Below are positions 39,666 through 50,304 of a stretch of 64,000 nucleotides of DNA, piece by piece (the first letter of the stretch is position 1; each line of letters opens with the position of its first letter). A model generated the notes under the pieces. It was not told the origin of the DNA. It was given only the letters and a program-made list of their open reading frames with translations, and did not search any database. The stretch is taken from positions 95,873-159,872 of IMG/VR virus record IMGVR_UViG_3300048592_000962; one strand, given 5' to 3'. The DNA comes from a virus. Position numbers and translations under genes: made by a program.

Positions 39666-42356
39666 TCAAACCATCCTCAGCCAGCGTCGCACCGCAAACG
39701 TGTACTCTGCGTCCTGTTTTGCCTCGGCCTCGTTGTCGTACAGATATTCGTCTTCCAGCCAGGAGCCGTAGAGACTGCGGACAACAAATAGGAACTGGCC
39801 GTCGACGTCTCGAACCTCAGCGACCAAGTTCTGATTGCGGTCGTAAGCCACCGCGTACTCATCCCACGTGACCCTCATGTTGGCGGGGATCCCATCCCAT
39901 CCCGCAATCGAGTTCCAAGTGCGAAACTGATCGTTGAAGTCATGCGGCAGATTCGCGGAGTAAACTCCGGCAGCCAAGACCACGGACTTGATCGCCGCAT
40001 ACGCCGACAGCATGGCATTTCGATTGCGCAAGAAAGCGGGTCCGGCCCACGCAATAGCCAGCGCTCTCGTGAGCGGCTTAGCTAACTCTTTCGATGGTCG
40101 AATCACGCCCTGTGCACTGCCGTCCGGGAAAATGATGTCGACATCCGAGTTGGGGCTCGCCTCCAACCCTCTTCGCTCACGGGCATCTGCGTTGCGATCT
40201 GACCACACAATCGACGAATCCTCCCTGATCCACCGCTCCCCATAGATGAGCGAAAAGAACTGGGGCGCGTCTTGCCGACTCTTGGGGTTGGTGAACACAT
40301 CCAGAATCGCTGCCGCCGACGGGAGATCGAGCGTCTCCTGTTCGACCTTCGGCGCCCTCACAGAGGCGGCGCCTCGCGCTTCTTTCTTCGCCTGACGAGC
40401 CGCCGACCGTTCTTCGCGCACCGAAGCTTTTGCTGCCTTCACGATCTTCTTGATCACCGGCCCCAGGCGCAGGGCGGCGCCGATGTTGTGCGTGAGCTGC
40501 GAGGAGTACGCCTCGTTGTGCGAGGAAAAGCCCTGCATGTGCGTGATCTCGTGCACCGCCATCGCGACGAGGTTCTCCAAATCGCGCGGATTGTCGAGGT
40601 CGTAACGCTGGTCTCCCGCCTCGAACCGAACATCGTCGCCGGACCCGAAGCGCCGCACGTGAATCGGGTTGACCAAAAGCCACTCTCCCGATTCGTTTTT
40701 GCGATACATCGCGGCCATCACCGTCTCGTCGTACGATCGCGAGTCGTACTCGGTGTCCAGGACGAACCCCACGCCGAAAGGTCGGTCCATGCCGTACTGG
40801 ACCATGAGGAATCGGCAAATCTCGGTCCACACACGAATAAGTTCGTGGTTCTTCTTCGACATCGTGCTCGGGTGCATCGCCGCGGGCATCTTGAACGGAC
40901 TGATGTTCTGGTAAATCAGAAAGTCCGGCTTCCACAGGGCCATCTTCACGGCTACGGCTACCTGCTGCGAGTCGATGAACTGCGCGGACGCGATGGCCTC
41001 CATGAACGTCGATGCGATCGGCGCAAGCGATGGAACCGCGTCGTCGTCCTCTGACTCGGCGTCATCGACGAGGTCGAACGCCTTGTGAATCGCATCCTCG
41101 AACACCCTGGTGTCCTTGAGCTTGATCTCGAACGTGCCGTCGGAGATCTTCTTCATCGAAGACGCAAGATCCATCTTCGCAAGCGCCTCGGCGGCGATCT
41201 CCGCAACTGCACCCTCGCGCACCCCAATAGAGCCAGACCCCTTGAAGACGGTCTCTTTCTTGTCGCGCTGCTTCTTCAGCGCAGTCTTCGGATCTTGAGT
41301 GAGACTCTGAAGGATCGCGGTGACCTCCGCCTTGGCGTTGCTGTTGTAGGAAAGCCCATCCCGCTTCGTCGTGAACACGTTGATGGGAGGCGCGTTGATG
41401 TCGATCGTCACGACGCCCTTGAACGATCCTGAAAAACCGAGGAAGTCGAACGTGTAGAGGCCGTACGACCTCACGTACACGCCGTGACGCGCAGCCCTTG
41501 GAGAGTGCCGAACGATCATCTCTCCGACCGCCGTACTCCCCACCCGGATGGGCACTTCCTTGACGATTGTGCCCTTGGCCAACGAGCTGCGCACTCGTTT
41601 TCCGTTCACGTAGAACGCAATGCTGTCCAACGACGACTGCTCGATCAGATACTGCGCGTGCTCCTGCGTAGTCGTTCGAGTCGGAGGCATCCAAACAGTG
41701 ATGCGCGTACCGTTCAGCATCGGAGCGCCGGACTCGACCAGAAGGTCCGCGAACAGCTCTTCGTGACGACCCACGACCACTGCGTCACGGCTCTCCACGC
41801 GGTACCCGAGCCACGGGGTCAGGATGAGATTCTTTGCGTCTCCGAAGCCACCGGCAGAGCCCTCCGACTTCTGAGACCCTCCGCGGCGAAAAAACGCGGT
41901 CATCATCGTGTCGTAGGTCATGCCCGAGCCGTTGTCCGCGAACGAACAGCGGATGGCGTCAACTCGATCTCCAGTCTCCGGGTCAACGAACGTGTCCGGC
42001 ACGCACTCGATGTCGACCCTCGTCGCCTTCGCGTCGCGAGCGTTCTGCACCAACTCACGCCAGAACGCGGTCTCCCAGTTGTCGTAGTCGCGAAGACGAT
42101 TCTGGTAGAAGTCTTCGACGGTACCCCATCCGATCTTCTGCACGTTCGGCGTAAGCGGCTTCACGCCGAGCACCTCGGCGAACAGGATGCTTCCCTCTGG
42201 AACAAACAGCTCATCACCGATCCGAACCTGCGGATGCCAGGACAGAGCCTGAAGCACCTGGTACGCCTGATGGGAAGTCGTGGTGTGCCAGTGTCCCGGC
42301 GTTTGAAGAAACGACTGGACATCGTCGATGCGCTCTAGAAGAACGGAGTTGCTCAT
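39666..42356 (-). CDS. GHKL (HATPase_c) ATPase with downstream HExxH motif
   Basis: RELVQNARDA, DNGSGM, GGFG.AK, GTRI; VHEITH...H. Confidence 0.8.
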   Translation of the reverse strand: MSNSVLLERIDDVQSFLQTPGHWHTTTSHQAYQVLQALSWHPQVRIGDELFVPEGSILFAEVLGVKPLTPNVQKIGWGTVEDFYQNRLRDYDNWETAFWRELVQNARDAKATRVDIECVPDTFVDPETGDRVDAIRCSFADNGSGMTYDTMMTAFFRRGGSQKSEGSAGGFGDAKNLILTPWLGYRVESRDAVVVGRHEELFADLLVESGAPMLNGTRITVWMPPTRTTTQEHAQYLIEQSSLDSIAFYVNGKRVRSSLAKGTIVKEVPIRVGSTAVGEMIVRHSPRAARHGVYVRSYGLYTFDFLGFSGSFKGVVTIDINAPPINVFTTKRDGLSYNSNAKAEVTAILQSLTQDPKTALKKQRDKKETVFKGSGSIGVREGAVAEIAAEALAKMDLASSMKKISDGTFEIKLKDTRVFEDAIHKAFDLVDDAESEDDDAVPSLAPIASTFMEAIASAQFIDSQQVAVAVKMALWKPDFLIYQNISPFKMPAAMHPSTMSKKNHELIRVWTEICRFLMVQYGMDRPFGVGFVLDTEYDSRSYDETVMAAMYRKNESGEWLLVNPIHVRRFGSGDDVRFEAGDQRYDLDNPRDLENLVAMAVHEITHMQGFSSHNEAYSSQLTHNIGAALRLGPVIKKIVKAAKASVREERSAARQAKKEARGAASVRAPKVEQETLDLPSAAAILDVFTNPKSRQDAPQFFSLIYGERWIREDSSIVWSDRNADARERRGLEASPNSDVDIIFPDGSAQGVIRPSKELAKPLTRALAIAWAGPAFLRNRNAMLSAYAAIKSVVLAAGVYSANLPHDFNDQFRTWNSIAGWDGIPANMRVTWDEYAVAYDRNQNLVAEVRDVDGQFLFVVRSLYGSWLEDEYLYDNEAEAKQDAEYTFAVRRWLRMV

Positions 42357-42823
42357 GAATCCCTCAACTCTCTCCACAGGTCGGCGTCGGCCGTGTATCT
42401 GGTTTTCCCGCCGAGGATGAACGAGTACACCCGAGCGTAAGCCCACTGCTGCTGCGTCGCCCCAGGCCTGTGTCCCGTTGCCCAGGCGGCCAGCCCTCGG
42501 TCGTACACGTCGCGAAGCACAGACAGGTACATGGCGACCGTCGCGCGAGGGGCGACGTCATCGCGCGTGGCTCGCGCGATCGCATGGAGGCCACCTCGGA
42601 CTCGGCCGTACTTTCGATGAAATCGATCGGTGTACGACGATCTCTTGGTTCGTACACCCACGTCGGTGGCGAAGCGTCGGTATGTCGACCGTGGACGACG
42701 CCCCGGCGGATGCTTCGCAGCCTCTCTTCGGCGAGACTCGATCTCTCGACGTCGAGACGTGCGTTTTCTGCCGCGCAACGAGCCAAGGTAGCTCGGCGGC
42801 ACCTTCGACGTGCGCCTGGCCAC
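42353..42823 (-). CDS. Basic protein resembling DUF5824
   Basis: VYDRGLAAWATGHRPGATQQQWAYARVYSF..GGKT..TADADL. Confidence 0.65.
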   Translation of the reverse strand: MARRTSKVPPSYLGSLRGRKRTSRRREIESRRREAAKHPPGRRPRSTYRRFATDVGVRTKRSSYTDRFHRKYGRVRGGLHAIARATRDDVAPRATVAMYLSVLRDVYDRGLAAWATGHRPGATQQQWAYARVYSFILGGKTRYTADADLWRELRDS

Positions 42824-43770
42824 TACCGCCTCCGACGTCGCCGGTTCGATGTGACGGGCTTCGGCTTCCTCATCGCCCAGAGGCCGACGCCCAGGAGAAC
42901 CGCGAGGCCGACGCCCGTTGCGATCCAAACCTTCTTGGTCGTCTGCTCGGCGTAGATCAGCTCCGCCTGAATCGCGTCCTCGGGGATCAGATACTTGTCG
43001 CTGATGGACGCCTGACCCGGCACCTGTTCGCCCTTCGGAACCGACAGCTCGGCACCCGGCGTGTTTCGCGCGACACCCGCTCGGGCTCTGTCGGCAAACT
43101 CACCATTCGGGTCGGCCCACAGGTAGCGCTGGTAGGTCGAGCGAGCGTCTTCCTTGCGGTTGAGCTTCTCGAACGCCTGCGCGATCGAGATCAAAACCGC
43201 AGGAAGCGACGCAAGCTGATACGCTGTCTGCCAGTCGGACAACGCGCCCGCGAAGTTCCCGGCGATGTACTTGTTTCGCCCCGAGTCGTAGAGCGCACGA
43301 GCGCGGTCACGCGGGGTGTCGGATGTCTGGCCGAGGCCCTGAAGATTGCGGTACATGGGTGCCATCGTACCGGAAGAGGTTCGGCGATCCCAGGCGGCGG
43401 GGCGGCGCCTTGCAGGTCGACCAAGGGCCGCGTTCAGATCTGCCAGCATCGTCCTGCTCGAACGGGCAGCCTGGTAACCGGGGGCCAGCTGGCGCTCCAT
43501 CGCCGCCATCGCTTCTGACGTCGCACGGCGGTAGTCGTGCTCCTGTCGGATCTGCCGCATGCGCTCCTCGTGCTCCTGATCGAGCTTGCGCATGCGCTCC
43601 TCGTGCTCCCTCCGCTGCAACTCCCTGTCCATGAGACGCCGGCAGGGCGCGCAGGTCATCTGCCCGCGAGCGTCGTGCCGCAGGTCATCGCCGTGCTTCC
43701 GGCAGTAGACGCACGGGGGGTACCCGAGAAGGATGAGGGCTTCACGATTCGGATCCATCGCTGTCCCCAT
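42823..43770 (-). CDS. TPR protein with C-terminal TM and Arg tail
   Basis: ARALYDSGR..Y..G.F..A...AY...YQRYL; TM followed by SNRRRRRR. Confidence 0.7.
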   Translation of the reverse strand: MGTAMDPNREALILLGYPPCVYCRKHGDDLRHDARGQMTCAPCRRLMDRELQRREHEERMRKLDQEHEERMRQIRQEHDYRRATSEAMAAMERQLAPGYQAARSSRTMLADLNAALGRPARRRPAAWDRRTSSGTMAPMYRNLQGLGQTSDTPRDRARALYDSGRNKYIAGNFAGALSDWQTAYQLASLPAVLISIAQAFEKLNRKEDARSTYQRYLWADPNGEFADRARAGVARNTPGAELSVPKGEQVPGQASISDKYLIPEDAIQAELIYAEQTTKKVWIATGVGLAVLLGVGLWAMRKPKPVTSNRRRRRR

Positions 43771-44011
43771 GGTTCGGGAACAGACCGACCTGCGTCAACT
43801 CGTCGGGCAGAAGCGCACGATGAAGGTCGCGCAGGGGCTTCTGAAGTCGATGGACACGCCTCGCGGTCTCGATGAGGGCGTGGATTGCGACCGCGTCTGC
43901 CGGAGGCAGGTCTGCCACGAGAGCCTCCGCACGCCGAATCGCATCCTTCAGCAGCATGCGTCGATCGTACTTCGACTACACCGCGCGTCAACCCGGCGGT
44001 ACCCTTCCAGA

Positions 44012-45457
44012 ATGCGCGCTCACATGTTGCTCGACGGCGAAGGAAACGTGCTCGGCCTTTCGGAGGACCGCGAGCAGGCCATCGCGATGGCTCGTCGACT
44101 CGTCGACGACGACCACATCTACTACGACGGTCCCACCGACATCGAAGAAGCGATCTTGGATGGCGAACCAGCGGCAGACCTTGACGAGCCGCTCGATCTC
44201 GCCGCAAACGCTTCAGCCGACGCCCCCGCGCTCGCGATGCGTGCCCTCCGCAAGGGCGGCTTCAACCTGGCCTGGTCCGACGTTGAGAGCATGACCCTAG
44301 AAGAAGCCCACGAGAGGCTGATGCCCCTGTTCCCACGGGCGCGGCGCGGCCTGGACGGGATTCATCCGGTGAAGGCCTACCAGACACCTCTCGGCATGTC
44401 ACGACAACTGCTCGGTCAGAACATGAAGATCGGGAAGGAAGCGCCACCGTCGGTGATCCGACGCCTGAAGGCCGCCACAGGTCACAAAGAAGCAATCATC
44501 GTCGGACTGTCGCTGCTCCCCAACAACATGGCGTACAGCAGCCCCATGGTCGCAGACATCGTGTCGCGAGGCCGACGCGACTACGGAATCCGCATCGTCG
44601 ACCACGCTACATCTCTCTCGAAGGGCCGCGATCCCGTTCGCGTCAACCTCTGCACGAAGGCCACCGCCGAATGCATCGCCTCGTGCCTCACCTTCTCAGG
44701 TCAGAACCTCAACGATGACTACAACACGATCCGAAAGTTTTCAGCGACGCAAGCGCTCGTTCGTGAGCCCACTGCATTCGTAAGAATGCTGGTATCCGCC
44801 ATTCAGAGACACGAGTATCGCTGTCGCACCGCCGATGCACAGGCGCTCATCCGGCTGAACGTGTACTCGGACATCCCGTGGGAGCTTGCGTGTCCGGAGC
44901 TGATCCAACGATTCCCCGGAGTTCAGTTCTACGACTACACGAAGGTTCCGGGGCGAACGCCCGACGCGCTCGGGCTCTCGAACTACGATCTCACGTTCTC
45001 GTTCTCGGGAAGTCAGGCGAACGTCGACGCCATGGAGCAAGAGATCCGAGACCGAAAAAGGCGCGTTGCCGTCGTGTTCGCAGCTCGTGGCCTCGCAACC
45101 CACAACTACCTCGACAAGACGGGAGAGCTTCGCGTCGCGAAAGGAACGGAGATCCCAATGCGCGCCGTCGGATACAAAACCCGAGGCGGACGCGGACAAG
45201 CCTTCCCCGCACGGTTCACCGAGCCATTTCTCGGACTGGAAGTGGTCGATGGCGACGAATCAGACCTCAGACCGTACGACCCCACGCCGTGCATCGTTGG
45301 GCTCCGATGGAAGCCGCCCATCACACAAGCCGTGTCCTGGAGCCAAGCAGAGATCTTCGTCGTCGAAGTCACCGTCGTGCCATCTGGGCGACACTTCGAC
45401 GCGATCATCGCGAAGACACCGCGATTCGACGGCGTCGACTTCAGCGATCTCGCATAG
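44012..45457 (+). CDS. Gp88-like protein (radical-SAM-related Cys motif)
   Basis: LC..AT.EC..SCL..SG, RLNVYSDI.W, FYDYTK, NYDLTFS, DGDESDLR..D. Confidence 0.75.
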   Translation: MRAHMLLDGEGNVLGLSEDREQAIAMARRLVDDDHIYYDGPTDIEEAILDGEPAADLDEPLDLAANASADAPALAMRALRKGGFNLAWSDVESMTLEEAHERLMPLFPRARRGLDGIHPVKAYQTPLGMSRQLLGQNMKIGKEAPPSVIRRLKAATGHKEAIIVGLSLLPNNMAYSSPMVADIVSRGRRDYGIRIVDHATSLSKGRDPVRVNLCTKATAECIASCLTFSGQNLNDDYNTIRKFSATQALVREPTAFVRMLVSAIQRHEYRCRTADAQALIRLNVYSDIPWELACPELIQRFPGVQFYDYTKVPGRTPDALGLSNYDLTFSFSGSQANVDAMEQEIRDRKRRVAVVFAARGLATHNYLDKTGELRVAKGTEIPMRAVGYKTRGGRGQAFPARFTEPFLGLEVVDGDESDLRPYDPTPCIVGLRWKPPITQAVSWSQAEIFVVEVTVVPSGRHFDAIIAKTPRFDGVDFSDLA

Positions 45458-45968
45458 CCTCGTTCAGCTGCCTCATCACCCGCTCACCAGCTCGCGACAG
45501 AAGCCTCGTACGAATGTGCGAGCGCTGCGCAGCAAGCATCTCGCTCACTGCTGCACGGGCTTCAGCAAGCCTGTCGGGCGTCAACATGGCAAGAAGCGCC
45601 TTTTCCCGGTCGAAGAGGTCGTTGATGCGAATCTGATCCATCGCATCGATCTGACGACCTCCATCCAAATCGGAGAAATCAGCGGGAAGCTCCCCCCAAC
45701 GCGCATCCCAATCCGGCTCCCATGCGATCGCCGCTTCGTCCTCACGCTGAAGAATGAGTGCCAGCGCTTCTTGCGCCCGCCTCTGCCGACGCAGCGACTG
45801 AAACGCTCGGATCAGGGCCACGAGCGTGATCCACCCGCAGAACCCGACAACCACGCGAACCGTGTCGCCGCCGCGAGCGAACGCGTAGACCAGTGGCGCG
45901 CCGAAGTAGATCGTGCACTCCAGCACCAACCCGTGAAACAACCTCAATCCCAAAAGCTTCAATCCCAT
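45441..45968 (-). CDS. Membrane protein
   Basis: Two N-terminal hydrophobic segments. Confidence 0.5.
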   Translation of the reverse strand: MGLKLLGLRLFHGLVLECTIYFGAPLVYAFARGGDTVRVVVGFCGWITLVALIRAFQSLRRQRRAQEALALILQREDEAAIAWEPDWDARWGELPADFSDLDGGRQIDAMDQIRINDLFDREKALLAMLTPDRLAEARAAVSEMLAAQRSHIRTRLLSRAGERVMRQLNEAMRDR

Positions 45969-46231
45969 GGCGCCCCCGAGACGACTTGAACGTCTGACCT
46001 TCGGCTTAGGAAGCCGCTGCTCTATCCACCTGAGCTACGAGGGCATCTGGTACAAGGCTCGGTAGCGGGACACCTCTTTGCCGCCCCACTCGTCCGCCTC
46101 AAACCAGGTCGCGAACACGTTCTTCTTCAGAACGGTTCGGCCCTCCCCGCGCACGAGCACGACGCGAGCCTCCCACCCTGCGGGGTCGTCGGTCATGTGC
46201 ACTTCGTGCCCGAGGAGCGCCTGCATGACCA

Positions 46232-46711
46232 TCACTCCGCGGCTTCGGCCTGCTCTTCCGTGATCGTGACGCCGATGAAGCGCCACGCATCCGCCGGGAA
46301 GTTGTAGGCGCTCTGCACCTTCGCGATGGCCTCGCGTGCCTCGTCGGTGTCGGCGGCGAACGCCGTCTTCAGCGGGCGCACCCCGAGCTTCTTGATGGAC
46401 GCGAAGGTCTCGCCCATTCCGATCAGGTCGGCCACGCGGAGGAGCACCTCGACCGGCTTGAGCTGCTTCTCCTTGAGGTCAGCGAGGATGCGCTCGCGCT
46501 TCCTCGCCGTGCGACCGTCGAGCGACTCGCCGCCCGACGATGCCCCGCCGAGGATGAGCGTGTTCAGCTGACGCGCGACGCGGCGCTTCTCGATGGCCTC
46601 CGGCGAACCACGGCCGCCCGAGGACACCGCGCGTTCACGGGTCACCTTCTTCGCCTTCTTCGGAGCCGCCTTCTTCGCCGCCCTCTTCTTCGTCGTCTTC
46701 TTTCCGGCCAC
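46232..46711 (-). CDS. Lys/Ala-rich, histone-like N-terminus plus helical domain
   Basis: GGAGG SD; KKTTKKRAAKKAAPKK; RGSPEAIEKRR, LDGRT. Confidence 0.6.
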   Translation of the reverse strand: MAGKKTTKKRAAKKAAPKKAKKVTRERAVSSGGRGSPEAIEKRRVARQLNTLILGGASSGGESLDGRTARKRERILADLKEKQLKPVEVLLRVADLIGMGETFASIKKLGVRPLKTAFAADTDEAREAIAKVQSAYNFPADAWRFIGVTITEEQAEAAE

Positions 46712-47023
46712 TGTTCCTCCTACGCGTTCGCTCGAACGCTTTGTCGAATTCCTCGGCGACATCTCGAATCGCCGCCAGGCGATCCTCGATACCATCCTGC
46801 GAGTACAGCCACTCCATCGGAGTGCCGCACCGCGCACAACACGGAACGCCAGACACCGTCTTCACGGTGACCAGCGAACGTTCGCTCAGTTTCTTGGTGA
46901 GAGTGCGCAGGTCTCCGCCGCACTCCTCGTGCAGCGCTGCGATCACCCCTGTGTGGACCGCTTTCCGCTGCCCCTCGGCGATTTCCACCGTGTGCTGCGG
47001 TTCCCACGTGCAAACCAAGACCT

Positions 47024-47233
47024 TCATTCGGCCAACGTCAGATCTTGAGGCCGAAACACGAAGTCGCCCTTCCGCGGCACCGACACCAGCACCTGAAGCA
47101 CCGTGCCCTTGCGCCGAATCTCGCGGATACGACCGGTCAGCTCGGCTGCGCCGCCCACTTCCTTGCGCCGCGGCGCCGGAACACGAACGTTCACCTTCGC
47201 GTTCTTCTTGCTCAGCAGTTCGGCGATCTTCAT
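47024..47233 (-). CDS. Small basic beta-rich (SH3/KOW-like) protein
   Basis: GRIREIRRKG...VLVSV...FRPQDL. Confidence 0.5.
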   Translation of the reverse strand: MKIAELLSKKNAKVNVRVPAPRRKEVGGAAELTGRIREIRRKGTVLQVLVSVPRKGDFVFRPQDLTLAE

Positions 47234-47316
47234 CACTTCCCTCGTGTCTGACACTCGTCAGCAGTCGCACCCTAGTATGTCCGACACGAGATGTCTAGCG
47301 GTGATACAATCGGCCC

Positions 47317-48354
47317 ATGTCGACCGCACTCGTTTCCCGCTTCGACCGACGCTCGCTCGCCCGCTTCGGCAAAGGCAACCCCGAACGCGAGAAAACCTAC
47401 ATCCTGATGACGGCCGCCTTTCTCGAAGGGCGAAGCGCAAACACGCGAGCAACGTATTCGACGGCCTTGGCCCAGTTCTTCACGCTGTTCGATTGGATTT
47501 CCCCGGAAGACGTCACCATCGCCCATGGAGCCGCGTTCAAGAAGTGGCTGCTGGAGCGCAAGCGCGTCTCGGAAAACACGGCGTACTGGAGGCTGTCTGC
47601 CCTGCGAAGCTACTTCGACTTCCTATGCCTCTCGCCATCGGCTGGGGGGGAGCCGCTGATCAAGTCGAACCCGTTCCGGCACGTCCCGCGCAGCGACATC
47701 AAGCCGACGCCCTACTCGAACGCAAGGTCGATGAACTGGGAGGACTTCATCAAGATCTTGAAGGCCATTCCGCGCACGCCCAGTGGGGCACGGAACAAGG
47801 CCCTCCTGCTCTTCTACGCGTACACGGGACGCCGCAGATCGGAGGTGGTGAGCCTTCGAATGCGCGACCTCGACGTAAAGTCCAGCCCCCGTACCTACCG
47901 GGCTCGCCTGAAGGGAGGTCGAGTCCAGACTTTCGAGCTGCCCGAACTGGTGTTCCAGGCGCTGGAGGCCTACTGGGTAGCCTCCGACCGGCTTCGCGAC
48001 TTGAACGCGGACAGTCCCGTGTTTGCGTCGTACCACCTCGACGGCGAGACCTCCATGGAGAATCCCGTTGGCATCGCTCGCGCAAACCGCATCCTGAAGC
48101 AAGCCGCCAAACGAGCCGGCGTCGAACTCAACGGAGCCTCGATCCACTCCATTCGCCACATGTTCGCGCGCGACCTCGACAAGGGCGGCATCCCCCTGCA
48201 AGACATCCAGGAGGCATTGGGGCACCTGAACCCCAACACCACCTCGATCTACCTCGGCCGCCTCGGCCGCGTTGCGCCATCCCACGCCGACCTACTCGAC
48301 CAGGTCCGGTCGGCCGCAACGCAAGAGGTCCTACAGACCATTCAGGACGAGTGA
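47317..48354 (+). CDS. Tyrosine recombinase (XerC/D or integrase family)
   Basis: SAM-like N-domain; TGRRRSEV, HSIRH, LGH....TT.IY. Confidence 0.92.
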   Translation: MSTALVSRFDRRSLARFGKGNPEREKTYILMTAAFLEGRSANTRATYSTALAQFFTLFDWISPEDVTIAHGAAFKKWLLERKRVSENTAYWRLSALRSYFDFLCLSPSAGGEPLIKSNPFRHVPRSDIKPTPYSNARSMNWEDFIKILKAIPRTPSGARNKALLLFYAYTGRRRSEVVSLRMRDLDVKSSPRTYRARLKGGRVQTFELPELVFQALEAYWVASDRLRDLNADSPVFASYHLDGETSMENPVGIARANRILKQAAKRAGVELNGASIHSIRHMFARDLDKGGIPLQDIQEALGHLNPNTTSIYLGRLGRVAPSHADLLDQVRSAATQEVLQTIQDE

Positions 48355-48562
48355 TCGTCGCCGCTGTCCCTATCCAGGTCGGGCAATGGAGGCCGCTCCA
48401 TCTGCTGCGACGATCTCTTCCGAAACGACATCGCGTACCGGACGAGCAAGTAGAGGTCGCGCCCCTCGGCGCTCGCCAGCCAGTTATCAAACGCGCGACG
48501 TTCTTCGTCAGACAGATCGAGCCAAGACTTTTGGGCCAGTTCGATCACCCAAGGGCCCGACG

Positions 48563-49501
48563 TCATGTGACCTCTCGCGCGAACGCCGCAACATCCTCGA
48601 CCACCGTCAGATCTGGCACCTGAAGAGCCCCGTACTCCAGATTGGCAGCGCCCACGTAGGGCAGCCACGGGTCCGGCGCATCTCCGAGAGGAAGAGGAGG
48701 GTTGTTCGCTCGCCAGCCATACAGAACCTCGAACCCCACCGCCGGGTCACCGCTGCTCGTCACACCCGGCGGCTCGGTGATCTGAAACTGCTCCTCGATT
48801 GCCACAAAAAACGCAGTCTCCTCCGGACCGGCGTCCAGCGGATCCAGCTCCGACGTGCTCGTCCCCGCAACAAACCCGTGAACACAGTTCGGTGTTTGGA
48901 TTGGATCCGTGTCAGCATCAGCTGCGGCACCAATCACCAGATTCGGGTCCTCTGCCGACGGAATGTACGGGTTTCCCAAAATACCAGTCGCTCCCGGAGT
49001 CGCAATCACGCGATTCTCTGCCACCATCAAAACACTGCCGTTTGGTGTGCCGCCAGACGCAGGAATGGCCTGCACAAAAATCCTGTAGTACACCTCGTAT
49101 CCCAGTCCTTGAAGTGACTGGTCCGGGATGATACCGAAGGTGTTACCGAACGCCATCTCTGTCGCATCGCCTACGTTCAGACGCAGTCTAAACAGGACAC
49201 TATCTGGCGAGTTTCCAGACGATGTAAATGACAGGTCCCATGCGTCTATCCCCGTCGTCGATCCCATGGCGATGCCCTGATAGTCGCCAGGGGTAGGGAA
49301 TTCGTTGATCCCAACAACGGCGGCAAACCAGCTGCCGTTGACGAAGTCGAGTGGCGCAAGGTTTGCGTTTGCGATGTAGAACTGACCCTTCTCGAACCCT
49401 TGGATGCATCGCATCTGTTGAAGTGGTACGGCCTTGCCGCGCCATGATGTCTTCCACAGCGTGCCCGCTCCGCGGAACCGACTGAAACCTCTTGCAGGCA
49501 T
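48563..49501 (-). CDS. Hypothetical beta-rich protein, possibly structural
   Basis: Long Gly/Pro/Asp-rich ORF. Confidence 0.55.
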   Translation of the reverse strand: MPARGFSRFRGAGTLWKTSWRGKAVPLQQMRCIQGFEKGQFYIANANLAPLDFVNGSWFAAVVGINEFPTPGDYQGIAMGSTTGIDAWDLSFTSSGNSPDSVLFRLRLNVGDATEMAFGNTFGIIPDQSLQGLGYEVYYRIFVQAIPASGGTPNGSVLMVAENRVIATPGATGILGNPYIPSAEDPNLVIGAAADADTDPIQTPNCVHGFVAGTSTSELDPLDAGPEETAFFVAIEEQFQITEPPGVTSSGDPAVGFEVLYGWRANNPPLPLGDAPDPWLPYVGAANLEYGALQVPDLTVVEDVAAFAREVT

Positions 49502-49502
49502 C

Positions 49503-50228
49503 TCACTTACCCTTTCGTGAAGACCAGAACGCCCAGCCAGCAAAACCCGCTGCCAGCACGGCGGCTCCGGCTCCGATGTACGGGCCGTATGCCCGCATCA
49601 TTCCGACAGCTGACGCGCCGGCCTTCCGGCCGTTGAACTCAATCGTAACGTAGTCTGGTCCCAGGCCTCGCGAGGACGCTTCGGAGTAGAAGACGTTGTG
49701 GTGACGGGCGCCTTCGCGTTTGAAGCGGGCTACCTCGATGTCGCCCTGCTGCACGCCGATGGACGACGACGCGAAGTCCACCGCTGTGGGGACGGGATTC
49801 GGGAGTTCGGCTCTGGCCCACCTCTCGACCTTCTGTCTCAGGAGCGGGCTGATCGTCGACCAGGCTCTTCCAGCGCATTCCTCTCTGTTCGAGAGCTTGG
49901 CGGGAGAGCAGTAGTCCGTGTTGTGGTACTGGCCGCCGGGAGCGCACTTGCTGCCTGCGCGTTGCCAGATCGGATTGACGGGCTGGCTGTGCGCCCGGAC
50001 CAGGGCGGCGAGCGTGCCGTACCTTCGGTACGATGGGAGTGCGAATCGTGCCGTCCACGTCCACAAGGTCGCTGCCTCGCCTTCCTCGCCGCCGCCCTCG
50101 CAGCGTGCCGCTCGGGCCGACCACAATACGTCCTCCGGTGAGATTTGATACTCCCACCCATCCTTCGTGACGATCTTCCCCCACGGCCCCGGAGGAGCCC
50201 CCGCGGATCCAAGCGCTGCGTACGACAT
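49503..50228 (-). CDS. Possible SleB-like cell-wall hydrolase with C-terminal TM
   Basis: DVLW.AR...CEG (candidate catalytic Glu), HHNVFY; MSYAALG start; TM-RKGK end. Confidence 0.45.
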   Translation of the reverse strand: MSYAALGSAGAPPGPWGKIVTKDGWEYQISPEDVLWSARAARCEGGGEEGEAATLWTWTARFALPSYRRYGTLAALVRAHSQPVNPIWQRAGSKCAPGGQYHNTDYCSPAKLSNREECAGRAWSTISPLLRQKVERWARAELPNPVPTAVDFASSSIGVQQGDIEVARFKREGARHHNVFYSEASSRGLGPDYVTIEFNGRKAGASAVGMMRAYGPYIGAGAAVLAAGFAGWAFWSSRKGK

Positions 50229-50304
50229 CCCCGAAGTATCCACGGGTCTCGGGTCTCGTTCCAGCCCGCTGGACATTGTCTGACACTCAGAGCATTCTCC
50301 GCCC

